IMG/VR virus record: IMGVR_UViG_3300038608_000007
Span: 1 to 29,060 of that record
Origin: a virus
Taxonomy: Duplodnaviria; Caudoviricetes
Reading direction: 5' to 3' (one strand)
Length of the DNA stretch: 29,060 nucleotides
The stretch's first letter is position 1. Every line of letters begins with the position of its first letter. Position numbers and translations under genes: made by a program. Below are positions 8,328 through 16,371 of the stretch, piece by piece. The notes under the pieces were generated by a model. The model was given only the letters and a program-made list of their open reading frames with translations, made no database searches and was not told where the DNA came from.

Positions 8328-8581
8328 CAACAGTCTCCAAGTGGTGCTGCGAAAGCATCCGCGACCGGGCGCTTGTCGTCATTGATGAAAATCGGCGCGT
8401 TCGCCGGGGCCAAAATTAGGCGGTAAATTGTCGGATCGCCATCGAGCTTCACCCGCGCCTGATGGACGCAATAAGCGCCATTGCACTGGTGATTGTCGAT
8501 TGTGATCGTGTCCTTGCCGCCCTTGTCCGCGCGCGACCATTCGGCGATGTTGGCAAGGATGAAACCGGGATACACGGTCAT
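8327..8581 (-). CDS. Hypothetical protein
   Basis: Coupled ORF within the operon. Confidence 0.65.
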   Translation of the reverse strand: MTVYPGFILANIAEWSRADKGGKDTITIDNHQCNGAYCVHQARVKLDGDPTIYRLILAPANAPIFINDDKRPVADAFAAPLGDC

Positions 8582-8778
8582 GATGGTTCAGCTTCGTTGA
8601 TCGCTGCCACAGTATCCGTTTCTTCCGCCGCATCGACGCCGGACTCGAATACCAGATCAATTCCGAGCGGCTTCAAGATCACCTTGTAATCGGAGTTGGA
8701 CTTGCCGTTGAACTTGATCATGAATTCGTCGGACTCCAGCCGGACCAGCTTGCGGTCCTTATCGATGACGATCTTCAT
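8578..8778 (-). CDS. Hypothetical protein
   Basis: GGAG RBS and ATGA coupling. Confidence 0.65.
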   Translation of the reverse strand: MKIVIDKDRKLVRLESDEFMIKFNGKSNSDYKVILKPLGIDLVFESGVDAAEETDTVAAINEAEPS

Positions 8779-9089
8779 TGCGTTTCTCCCTTTGCCTTTG
8801 CCAGCGCGGCGCGCGCTCGGTCAAATTCCGCCGTTGCGCGGTCTGCCACAGCAACAACACCTTCCAGCGCCTCGAACAGTTCCGGTGCGGCGACGATCAG
8901 GTTGGCGTTGGCGATAGCCACGCCCAGCGGTTCGTTGTGTTCAGCGCCATCGCTGCCATCCTCGTTATGGTGCACGGTAGCAATAGCCCCCATGCCATAC
9001 TGACCATCGGAAAGGACATATTGACAATTGCATTGGTGATCCGTTGCAAAGTGCGGCACCGACCACGGCCCCGGTGTAAATCCCGTCAT
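8775..9089 (-). CDS. Phage early protein of the TPGPW...ANA.LI.AAPEL family
   Basis: MTGFTPGPW...ANANLIVAAPELFEAL...ARAALAKAKG, with a GGAGG RBS. Confidence 0.8.
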   Translation of the reverse strand: MTGFTPGPWSVPHFATDHQCNCQYVLSDGQYGMGAIATVHHNEDGSDGAEHNEPLGVAIANANLIVAAPELFEALEGVVAVADRATAEFDRARAALAKAKGETQ

Positions 9090-9090
9090 C

Positions 9091-9447
9091 TCAACCTCCA
9101 TTTTTCCGGCGCTTGTAATCATCGCGCCATGCCTGTTCATCGGATAGTTCGGTGCTCGTTTCGAAGCTCTTGCCGGTGCGCAGCTCGTAAGTGTAAGCGG
9201 CATCGGCGTGGGCCTCGTCGGCTTCCCAATCGAGGAATACGTCCTCCATTGCAGCGATCATGTCATCGCGCTCGTCGGGGCAGGTCAGTGCTACCGTGGC
9301 ATAGACATGGGCATCAACTTCCAGCCCATTCCTGAAATGTTGGGTGTCAGCGGAAATAGACCGTAAGCATTCGTCTTCGGAACTGGTGCCCTTGCAGGCA
9401 GCCCAGCGTTCGGGCCAGCTTGGCGAGGCAAGGCGGGGATCAGTCAT
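9091..9447 (-). CDS. Hypothetical acidic protein
   Basis: GGAGGTG RBS upstream of ATG 9447. Confidence 0.65.
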   Translation of the reverse strand: MTDPRLASPSWPERWAACKGTSSEDECLRSISADTQHFRNGLEVDAHVYATVALTCPDERDDMIAAMEDVFLDWEADEAHADAAYTYELRTGKSFETSTELSDEQAWRDDYKRRKNGG

Positions 9448-9580
9448 TGTGAAACACCTCCAGAAAAATCTTGCCGCCTTCGCGATAGACCTTGTATTCG
9501 CCGGGCCTCACAACGCGTCCGTCCCGTTCGTAATACACATCCTCAACGTCGTTGAAGTAGTTTAGCGTCAGCTCGATCAT
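9440..9580 (-). CDS. Small hypothetical protein (46 aa); not in the ORF track
   Basis: MIELTLNYFNDVEDVYYERDGRVVRPGEYKVYREGGKIFLEVFHND fills the gap in the operon. Confidence 0.6.
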   Translation of the reverse strand: MIELTLNYFNDVEDVYYERDGRVVRPGEYKVYREGGKIFLEVFHND

Positions 9581-9587
9581 GGTTGAT

Positions 9588-10271
9588 TTAGGCTTGTTCA
9601 TTGGTAGGCTCCATCAATCCATGGCGTTCGGCCTGTTTGCGCAGCAGTTCGAGAATGTCGAATGTCTCGTCACCCAATGAGGTGCCGCCGCGTGTCTCGC
9701 GCCAGTGCTTTTCCGCCTCTTCGAACGAGAAATATCTGCAACCCGCGATGATCCGCGCCCCTTCAGGGGTGGCCACGATGCTGAATGTGTAGTTATCGCT
9801 GCGCACGGCGGTCAAGTTGACCTTTGAGACCCGCGCATTGCCAGAGACCTGCGCATCGCCAGAGACCAACGCATCGCCAGAGACCAACGCATCGCCAGAG
9901 ACCAACGCATCGCCAGAGACCAACGCATCGCCAGAGACCAACGCATCGCCAGAGACCAACGCATCGCCAGAGACCTGCGCATTGCCAGAGACCAACGCAT
10001 TGCCAGAGACCAACGCATCGCCAGAGACCAACGCATTGCCAGAGACCAACGCATTGCCAGAGACCAACGCATCGCCAGAGACCCACGCATCGCCAGAGGC
10101 TGAAAGGTTATCCGCTTTCGCTATCCATCCGCCCAAAGTTCCAGCGGCAAGGCCAATCGCGGTGATGTCGGCAACAGCGCGGATGCGGTAGAGCGTGGTG
10201 TCAACCCAATACTTTGTCTCGCCAGTGGCTTCGAACTTGGCGTTCTTGAATGCGGGTTTTTTCTTCGTCAT
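9588..10271 (-). CDS. Hexapeptide-repeat (left-handed beta-helix) phage protein
   Basis: LYRIRA...LGGWI...NLS followed by 15 SG(D/N)Ax units and a C-terminal AGCRYF segment; GGAGG RBS. Confidence 0.88.
   Translation of the reverse strand: MTKKKPAFKNAKFEATGETKYWVDTTLYRIRAVADITAIGLAAGTLGGWIAKADNLSASGDAWVSGDALVSGNALVSGNALVSGDALVSGNALVSGNAQVSGDALVSGDALVSGDALVSGDALVSGDALVSGDALVSGDAQVSGNARVSKVNLTAVRSDNYTFSIVATPEGARIIAGCRYFSFEEAEKHWRETRGGTSLGDETFDILELLRKQAERHGLMEPTNEQA
9826..10098. repeat. 18-bp coding tandem repeat, about 15 copies
   Basis: Unit GAGACCAACGCAT(C/T)GCCA repeated head-to-tail without spacers. Confidence 0.97.
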
Positions 10272-10285
10272 GATGTGGTAACCTC

Positions 10286-10414
10286 CTATTCAGCGCCAGC
10301 CGCGACTTCCCGCGCCATGCCGATTGACGGGCAGACCCGAATCAGTGTGTCCCCGCTATAAACGTAATAGTCCAAGCCGTAGCTTTCGCGGACCGTCTCG
10401 ATGGTGATTGTCAT
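10286..10414 (-). CDS. First gene of the leftward operon (42 aa); not in the ORF track
   Basis: MTITIETVRESYGLDYYVYSGDTLIRVCPSIGMAREVAAGAE, with a GGAG RBS. Confidence 0.65.
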   Translation of the reverse strand: MTITIETVRESYGLDYYVYSGDTLIRVCPSIGMAREVAAGAE

Positions 10415-10439
10415 TTCGCAGCTCCAACTGTGAAGCGCC

Positions 10440-10510
10440 TATCTGCCATCGGGGAAAATTCACGTCAAGCGAAAATGTATGTTGACGTGCGAATTAGTTT
10501 TCCGCATATG
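10440..10510. promoter_or_regulatory. Back-to-back early promoters and operator region
   Basis: Inverted repeat CACGTCAA (10461-10468) / TTGACGTG (10482-10489) supplies a TTGACG -35 on each strand, at the point where gene orientation flips. Confidence 0.7.
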
Positions 10511-10516
10511 CAGGCC

Positions 10517-10705
10517 ATGGACAACATCACAGTATCAGATATCGAGAGTAAAGCGCTCGATGCCCGACTTCAGATCACCGATGTTTTGCGCCATTCCGGC
10601 GTATCGGCGGCGACGTTCTACAAGGCCCGCCGCGGCGAGCATGACTTGAAGCCGCTGACCAAAGCTCGGCTGCTCGATGCGATAGACGAACTGGCGCGCA
10701 TGTAA
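10517..10705 (+). CDS. Cro-like HTH regulator
   Basis: 62 aa with an HTH-like segment ITDVLRHSGVSAATFYKARRG; first rightward gene. Confidence 0.75.
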   Translation: MDNITVSDIESKALDARLQITDVLRHSGVSAATFYKARRGEHDLKPLTKARLLDAIDELARM

Positions 10706-10935
10706 TGGCCTATGCCGAAAACACCACTGTAGCGTTCGAGAAATCGATTTCCGAGATCATCGGGCATGTCAGAAGGCATGGCGCAGAGCAAATCGGGCAA
10801 TTCGAGGATAGCAGCTATTTCGCGTTGCAGTTCAGCCTTGGCGATCGCATGATCCGGTTCCATCTGCCCTTCAAATCGATCGACGATATGCCGAAATATG
10901 ATGGTCGCCGCACGCCATTTGGGCGGGAATGCTGA
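10705..10935 (+). CDS. Conserved phage hypothetical protein, probably truncated
   Basis: MAYAENTTV..EKS..EI...RHGA...IRF.LP. As I recall, this family usually continues to a KAKLEAVE motif that is absent here. Confidence 0.55.
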   Translation: MAYAENTTVAFEKSISEIIGHVRRHGAEQIGQFEDSSYFALQFSLGDRMIRFHLPFKSIDDMPKYDGRRTPFGREC

Positions 10936-11031
10936 CCAAATCTGAAAACAAGCGGCGGATAGCGGCGGGCGACACGCGCCGGGTTTCCACGGCGGTGGCG
11001 GCAGCCCCAGCCGTTGACAAGTTGACGTGCC

Positions 11032-11673
11032 GTGATTGAAGTCGCTGCCTTGTTTGTCGAAACTGGCGGATGCTATTTTGGGCTTCCCGGCGTTGATCCT
11101 TGGGACGAAGCGCGCGATGCCCGCCTGTATGCTGGGCCGCACCCTGTAGTGGCGCACCCGCCCTGCCAACGATGGGGTAAGATGTGGTTCGGTTCGCCTA
11201 ACGTTGTCGCCAAGACAGGAATCCGCAAGGCCAAAGGCGATGATGGCGGTTGTTTCAAGTCCGCGCTTGACGCCGTGCGTAAATGGGGTGGTGTGCTGGA
11301 GCATCCATGGGGATCACACGCCTGGGCTCATTTCGGTCTGAACAAGCCCCCGCGCGAAGGCGGTTGGATCGCCGCTGATTTCGATGGTGGCTGGACGTGC
11401 TGCGTCGAACATGGCCGCTATGGTCACTACGCGCGCAAGCCTACATTGCTTTACGCGATAGGTTGCGAACTCCCGGAACTAGCGTGGGGGAAAAGCGAGG
11501 CGAAGCTGGACCCCGCCGTTGTCGAACGCATGGGCCTGAAACGAGCCGAGCGATTAGGTGAAGTTGGCGCAAAAGGTGGCGGCACAGACAGTGCCCCGAG
11601 GATCGGAACACCGGGACCATTCCGCGATATACTGATCGCTATGGCACGGTCTGATGGAGGCAATCATGATTGA
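11032..11673 (+). CDS. Divergent DNA cytosine-5 methyltransferase-like protein
   Basis: VAALF (motif I-like), VAHPPCQ (catalytic PC motif IV), VLEHP (ENV-like motif VI) and YGH.ARKPTLL (motif VIII-like). Confidence 0.65.
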   Translation: MIEVAALFVETGGCYFGLPGVDPWDEARDARLYAGPHPVVAHPPCQRWGKMWFGSPNVVAKTGIRKAKGDDGGCFKSALDAVRKWGGVLEHPWGSHAWAHFGLNKPPREGGWIAADFDGGWTCCVEHGRYGHYARKPTLLYAIGCELPELAWGKSEAKLDPAVVERMGLKRAERLGEVGAKGGGTDSAPRIGTPGPFRDILIAMARSDGGNHD

Positions 11674-11827
11674 ATACGATCGCGCCAACACTTCCGACGC
11701 CAGTTGCAGGCGCTGCGACGACAGCGGGGTTGTGCCGGGCGGCGGGAAATGGACGCCGTGCACATGCTTTGCCGGAGCTATCGTGCTGGATCAGTTGGCG
11801 GCGAAACAAGCAATTGGAGCGAGATGA
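11666..11827 (+). CDS. Small zinc-finger protein (53 aa); not in the ORF track
   Basis: CRRCDDSG...PCTC, with a GGAGG RBS. Confidence 0.6.
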   Translation: MIEYDRANTSDASCRRCDDSGVVPGGGKWTPCTCFAGAIVLDQLAAKQAIGAR

Positions 11828-12129
11828 AAATGAACGACGCATATCATGAATTTCTGGCGCGCAAGGCCGTGACCGATCCGATGACTGGCCTCGCCAGCTT
11901 CGCAGATCTTCCGGCCCAGCTATTTCATTTCCATCGGGACATCACATCATGGAGTTTGCGGCGCGGGCGCTCGGCGCAAAAGGTAAGGCCCGGTGCAACA
12001 CTGGGTTACAACCGGGCCTCTCAGCAGCCTATGCAATTGGAGCTAGCACTTGTCCGAGGAAGACCAGGCCGACTGATGGAACGCATAAATACCGGATTTT
12101 TCAGCCAGTGCAAGGCTAGCGCAAAATGA
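11824..12129 (+). pseudogene. N-terminal remnant of a phage SNF2-like helicase
   Basis: AYHEFLARK...LFHFHRDITSWSLRRGRSA matches the family N-terminus but diverges just before the expected GLGKT Walker A. Confidence 0.6.
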
Positions 12130-12821
12130 ACGCACCGCAGCACCAGAATGACCGGCCCGAATATGTCAGCCTCTGGCCCTCGGATTGGCTGGGCGGCGCT
12201 GCGACCCTGCCAGCCATGGCAGAATGGACCTACTGGCAGATCAGCCTCTATTGCATGGACAAGGGCGAGCCAGTTCCGGCCAAGCGTATTGCGATGATCA
12301 TGATCCGCCACGGCGGCGACTGGCAGGCCGATATCGATTTGCTGATCGACTTGGGCAAGGTGCACAAGACCAATAGCGGCGGGTTATTTGTCAAACGATC
12401 TCTGGCCGAATATCAGCGGGCCGATGAAGCGCTGCAAAAGAAGCGCAATGCCGGTGCAGCCGGTGCTAGAAAAAGATGGGGAAACAGCGATGTCGATAGC
12501 ATTGCCAATGGCAGTGCCATGGACCGCAAACCTGATGATCAGACCGGCAAGCCGGTTCGAATCGACATGCTCGATACGATCAAGCCGGATATTTGGAAAG
12601 CGTTCGTCAAGATGCGGGTCACGGTCAAAGCCCCGCTAAGCGACCATGCCGCTGACCTGATCCGAAAGAAGCTGTTCAAGATATTCGAGGAACACGGCCA
12701 TGATCCAAACGAGGTGCTGAATCAATCGACCATGTTTTCATGGAAGGGCGTGTTCCCGCTCAAACAGGAAAATTCCGGGAACGGAAAACGATCAGGATGG
12801 AGAATGTCTGATGAGCAATAA
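12126..12821 (+). CDS. Replication initiator-like protein (DUF1376/YdaU-like N-terminus)
   Basis: L.PSDWL.G...L, K.RNAG..GA.KRW, and C-terminal W..FVKMR...KAPL...NQS....WKGVF. Confidence 0.75.
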   Translation: MNAPQHQNDRPEYVSLWPSDWLGGAATLPAMAEWTYWQISLYCMDKGEPVPAKRIAMIMIRHGGDWQADIDLLIDLGKVHKTNSGGLFVKRSLAEYQRADEALQKKRNAGAAGARKRWGNSDVDSIANGSAMDRKPDDQTGKPVRIDMLDTIKPDIWKAFVKMRVTVKAPLSDHAADLIRKKLFKIFEEHGHDPNEVLNQSTMFSWKGVFPLKQENSGNGKRSGWRMSDEQ

Positions 12822-13617
12822 AGCTCCTTCATTTGCAGGATCAGAGGCCGACCTAGCGGCGGAGTTCCTGCGGCGACTTGAAGCTGAATGGAGCCGCAAC
12901 AGGGATAAGTGCCCGTGGACCGCTTATGCTGAAACATCGGGCTGGGACATCCTGTTAATGCATGACAGCGGCTATCAGATCGGGATAGAAGCCAAACTCA
13001 CCCTGAATGCGAAGGTTATTGCCCAGGCGCTTAACGGCCAGCATCCGAACGAATGGGATGACATAGACGGCCCGGATTATCGCGCGGTTCTAGTCCCCCA
13101 AGTCGGCAGGCAGCACCATTTGACTGAAATCTGTGACGCAATCGGGCTTTCTATAATTACCCTGCTCGAGCAACTCCCTTATCACTATCACTCCATATCG
13201 TTGCCGGTGCCTGGTTCAACATTTTCGGAACGACACTGGCATAACTGGTGCCCGGTTAATCGCTGCGAAGTGCCAGACTATATCCCTGATGTCATCGCCG
13301 GTCACAAATCGCCGGTCCAACTCACCCCATGGAAAATCAAAGCCATAAAGCTAATGATTTGTCTCGAACGCAAGGGTTGGGTTGATCGATCAGATATGCG
13401 CGCGATCAAGATCAGCCCCAGCCGATGGACAGATTGCTACAGCGGCTTTCTGGCCAGTAATGGGAACGGCCAATATGTCAGATGCAAAGCCACCCCTGAT
13501 CTACGCGCCCAACATCCGCAGAATTATGCCCAAATCGAATCCGATGCTGCGCAATGGGGGAAGGTTTTTGATCCATTCGGACAAGTCAGTCCGGCTTGGC
13601 TAGTGAGTAAGCCATGA
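12811..13617 (+). CDS. Putative PD-(D/E)XK-fold nuclease-like protein
   Basis: YAETSGWDILL...QIGIEAKL gives a D...ExK pattern. Confidence 0.6.
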   Translation: MSNKAPSFAGSEADLAAEFLRRLEAEWSRNRDKCPWTAYAETSGWDILLMHDSGYQIGIEAKLTLNAKVIAQALNGQHPNEWDDIDGPDYRAVLVPQVGRQHHLTEICDAIGLSIITLLEQLPYHYHSISLPVPGSTFSERHWHNWCPVNRCEVPDYIPDVIAGHKSPVQLTPWKIKAIKLMICLERKGWVDRSDMRAIKISPSRWTDCYSGFLASNGNGQYVRCKATPDLRAQHPQNYAQIESDAAQWGKVFDPFGQVSPAWLVSKP

Positions 13618-14306
13618 GCAATGAAATCACCACAAGCCCCAGAGCAATCGCGCGGGCAGTCCTGTCATGGCCATTCGACCCTGTATCGCTCGCCCGGCAA
13701 ACCGATCGGCGGGCTGTGGTGCTCGCGCTCGACAATTACCGCAAGGCCATGGTGCCGATGTGCAAGCTGACCAAAGCCGAAAGGCAGGGCGATCAGCAAA
13801 TCCTGGCCAAGCTGATCAGATCCATCGGCCTTCGCATCAGGCCCGATTTCAGCGAGGATCAGGCCAGGATGTGGATCGCCGCCATGGTCGAAGCGCTCGA
13901 CGATCAGCCTGCGAGTATTGCGCTTGCCGCCACCCGCGATGCCCAGCGCCATCCGATGCAGTTTCCCGGTGAAGTGCTCAAGATCATTCTGGAAAAGGCC
14001 GAGCCGCACCGGCTTGCCTACAATCGGGCAATCCGAAATCTTGAGCGACTCCAAGCTGCGATCGACCATCCGCCCGCGCTTGAGGCAACTCCAGAGGCCA
14101 AGGCAGCCGCGGAGCAAATCAGCGAGGACGAGTTGCAGGACATGTTGGCACCAGAGCGCCAGTTCGGCCTTGCGGCGGGCTTCCTGATAGAGCGGTCCGA
14201 TGGCCGGATTAGATGGGCCACGCCTGAAGAACAGGACGCGCACAGGACCGCTATCGAGGCAAAGCGCCATGCCGCGCGCGCGAAACATACGAAGGGGAAT
14301 TTCTGA
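13614..14306 (+). CDS. Hypothetical protein (possible helicase loader or replication accessory)
   Basis: Helical 230 aa protein in the replication region with an FPGEV motif; the function is inferred from position. Confidence 0.55.
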   Translation: MSNEITTSPRAIARAVLSWPFDPVSLARQTDRRAVVLALDNYRKAMVPMCKLTKAERQGDQQILAKLIRSIGLRIRPDFSEDQARMWIAAMVEALDDQPASIALAATRDAQRHPMQFPGEVLKIILEKAEPHRLAYNRAIRNLERLQAAIDHPPALEATPEAKAAAEQISEDELQDMLAPERQFGLAAGFLIERSDGRIRWATPEEQDAHRTAIEAKRHAARAKHTKGNF

Positions 14307-14307
14307 G

Positions 14308-14670
14308 GTGCCTATCCGCCCTGAAAACCTTGAGCGATACCCGAGCGATTGGAAGGTGATCAGCGCACGGATACGCTTCGATCGAGCCGAATACCGGTGC
14401 GAGTGTGAGGGAGAGTGCGGGATCGATCACGAAGGGCGCTGTGAAGCAAGACATCTCGAACCTCACCCAAGAACTGGAAGCAAGGTTATCCTGACCACTG
14501 CGCATTTGTCTGAGCCGATCGAGAATTGCAGCGACGAAAATCTCAAGGCGATGTGCCAGCAGTGTCATAACAAATATGACGCTCCGATGCGCAGGGCAGG
14601 AATTCGGACGAGGAAATACGCAGATCAAGGCCAATTGCCGTTGGTAACCACTGAGGAAAAATTGCCATGA
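14308..14670 (+). CDS. HNH-like zinc endonuclease
   Basis: MPIRPEN..RYP.DW..IS, CEC..EC and VILTTAHL....ENC...NLKAMCQQCHNKYD; GTG start at 14308. Confidence 0.85.
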   Translation: MPIRPENLERYPSDWKVISARIRFDRAEYRCECEGECGIDHEGRCEARHLEPHPRTGSKVILTTAHLSEPIENCSDENLKAMCQQCHNKYDAPMRRAGIRTRKYADQGQLPLVTTEEKLP

Positions 14671-14819
14671 TCTGCCCTGCGACAGTCAAATGCACGGATT
14701 GCGATGGCGCTGGCGGAAGGTTTGCTGTGCCGCTCATCAAGCGCGACTGGTGTAACTGCCCGCGCTGCAACGGCACTGGATCGATCGCAATCACCGAAAA
14801 CGACGAGGAGGCAGAATGA
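14667..14819 (+). CDS. DnaJ-type zinc-finger mini-protein; not in the ORF track
   Basis: CTDCDGAG...CPRCNGTG, with ATGA overlaps at both ends. Confidence 0.7.
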   Translation: MICPATVKCTDCDGAGGRFAVPLIKRDWCNCPRCNGTGSIAITENDEEAE

Positions 14820-15067
14820 TGACTGACCGAGGCACAATCGAATGGGAGATCGCAGAGGCGATACGGCGCTATGCCGTGCGAGTTCACTATGTCGAGAGTT
14901 CCAAGCGCAGGGCGTCGGTCTATGCGGTATGGGACAAGAGCGGCCAGGTATCAGCGCGCGTTTCCGAGCTTACCGATCACCGCTGCGCATGTAGGGATTG
15001 TTTACGCCTACAGGTCGCGGCGATCATGGAAATCATGGACCGGGAATTGCGCAATGCCGCCTCATGA
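14816..15067 (+). CDS. Hypothetical protein
   Basis: GAGGAGG RBS; coupled to the upstream gene. Confidence 0.6.
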   Translation: MMTDRGTIEWEIAEAIRRYAVRVHYVESSKRRASVYAVWDKSGQVSARVSELTDHRCACRDCLRLQVAAIMEIMDRELRNAAS

Positions 15068-15281
15068 TGCCGTTCCGCCCAATGCCGGGCATGTTGTCGC
15101 TGGTGCCGCATGGAAATGGGATGGCAAGCGTGTGGCGGTAACGCTGCGCAACGGATCGATCGCAGGTGAAAGTCCTGTTCCATCTGGTTCGCCCGCCGGC
15201 TGGGCTGCTGATGGAAACGGGGCCTGTCGCTGGACGCTGACAGGACATCGATTCGATATCATCCGCTACCGAATTCTCTGA
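15054..15281 (+). CDS. Hypothetical protein
   Basis: V.LRNG...W...W......DII.YR is a phage motif; start at ATG 15054. Confidence 0.65.
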   Translation: MPPHDAVPPNAGHVVAGAAWKWDGKRVAVTLRNGSIAGESPVPSGSPAGWAADGNGACRWTLTGHRFDIIRYRIL

Positions 15282-15641
15282 CTTCGATCCACTGCCTTGC
15301 GCAGACGCTCAAGCCTGAGCCATTCTTCCCACGCACCGCAATGGGCGCAATGATTGCCGTCGAAATAGGCCGCTTCGGAGTAGATCATGATGCTTGCTCC
15401 ATCGTTGGATTGAGCCTGAGATCATGCCGGAAAAACCTTGCCAAATCGTTAATTCTGAATTTTCTCGCAAGAATCGTGCCAATCCCAGATTTCCGCCATT
15501 GGCACAGTTCTTGCAACCCAACCAATTTGCGATTTTCGGCGGCTATAATGTCCTATGAGGGCATAATGGCCTACCTCAAGCCACATCATTTTCCAATCAT
15601 ACCAAACACATCTATAGCACCGCCATCGTTCTGCTAATGGC

Positions 15642-15710
15642 AGAAGAGAAGAGAAGAGAAGAGAAGAAGAAATACTTAACAGTATTTCTAACCCCCCTAG
15701 CCCCCCTTTG
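15642..15710. repeat. GAAGA pentamer tract, 9-bp palindrome and C-tracts (origin-like)
   Basis: (GAAGA)n at 15642-15670, AGAAATACT-TAAC-AGTATTTCT at 15668-15689, then CCCCCCTAGCCCCCC. Confidence 0.7.
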
Positions 15711-15786
15711 AAAAATCTGTATATCAATCCCATGAACGCAATTGGCAGGTATTGAATGCCATCGCGGTTTGCGGTAGAAGCCAGAT

Positions 15787-16371
15787 ATGCCGGACCCGCA
15801 AGACACTAATTTAGTGCCAGTTAGTGCTAAACGAAAGCCTCCTGCCGCTGGTAAGGGCAGGAAAAAGCCGGTTCCGCTAGATGCGCTGGAAACCCCACCG
15901 GTTGCACAAATCATCAATGGCGACTTCACCCGCGACTTCGTGACGCATTCCGAAACGAACACAAAGGCGATGGTCTATCGCAACAACGGCGGCTCGCCAG
16001 TGACGCGCTGGGGCGACAAGCTCGATGATACCCACCACAAGATCATCGATCACTGCTTGGTTTTGTGGAGCATCGCCGGTTGCGAACAGCGCACCACGGC
16101 TCAATATGGCCAACGCATACCTGGCAGCGGCAATTCCGAACACGCCTGCAATCGCGAGATCGATGCCCGCGAGCAATTGCATCGCATCCGCGATTATTTC
16201 CCCGGCCAACTTGCGGGATACTTCGTGATATTCGAAAACGTGGTTCGTCATGAAATCCCCGCCGGTGTAGCTGGTGCCAGCCGTGAGTTCGAAGGCAAGG
16301 CTGCATCGGCACGGGCGCTGACAATCGTGCGGTTTGTCTGCGACGTAATCGCATCATACGAGCGCATTTGA
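15787..16371 (+). CDS. Probable late-gene regulator (Q-like by position)
   Basis: Last early gene; its stop codon lies inside the -35 of the late promoter. The function is inferred from synteny. Confidence 0.5.
   Translation: MPDPQDTNLVPVSAKRKPPAAGKGRKKPVPLDALETPPVAQIINGDFTRDFVTHSETNTKAMVYRNNGGSPVTRWGDKLDDTHHKIIDHCLVLWSIAGCEQRTTAQYGQRIPGSGNSEHACNREIDAREQLHRIRDYFPGQLAGYFVIFENVVRHEIPAGVAGASREFEGKAASARALTIVRFVCDVIASYERI

Noticed and set aside
9826-10098. Possible CRISPR array
   Set aside because: The units are contiguous 18-mers with no unique spacers and encode an in-frame hexapeptide repeat.
9793-10191. Alternative-frame repeat ORFs (GLWRCV, SLAMRW, PETNAS, RQRPTH)
   Set aside because: They are shadows of the stop-free 18-bp repeat. 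Only 9588-10271 has an RBS and family-like flanks.
15341-15733. ORFs 15341-15637 (+) and 15449-15733 (-)
   Set aside because: Both have atypical composition and no clear RBS, and the region looks regulatory or origin-like.
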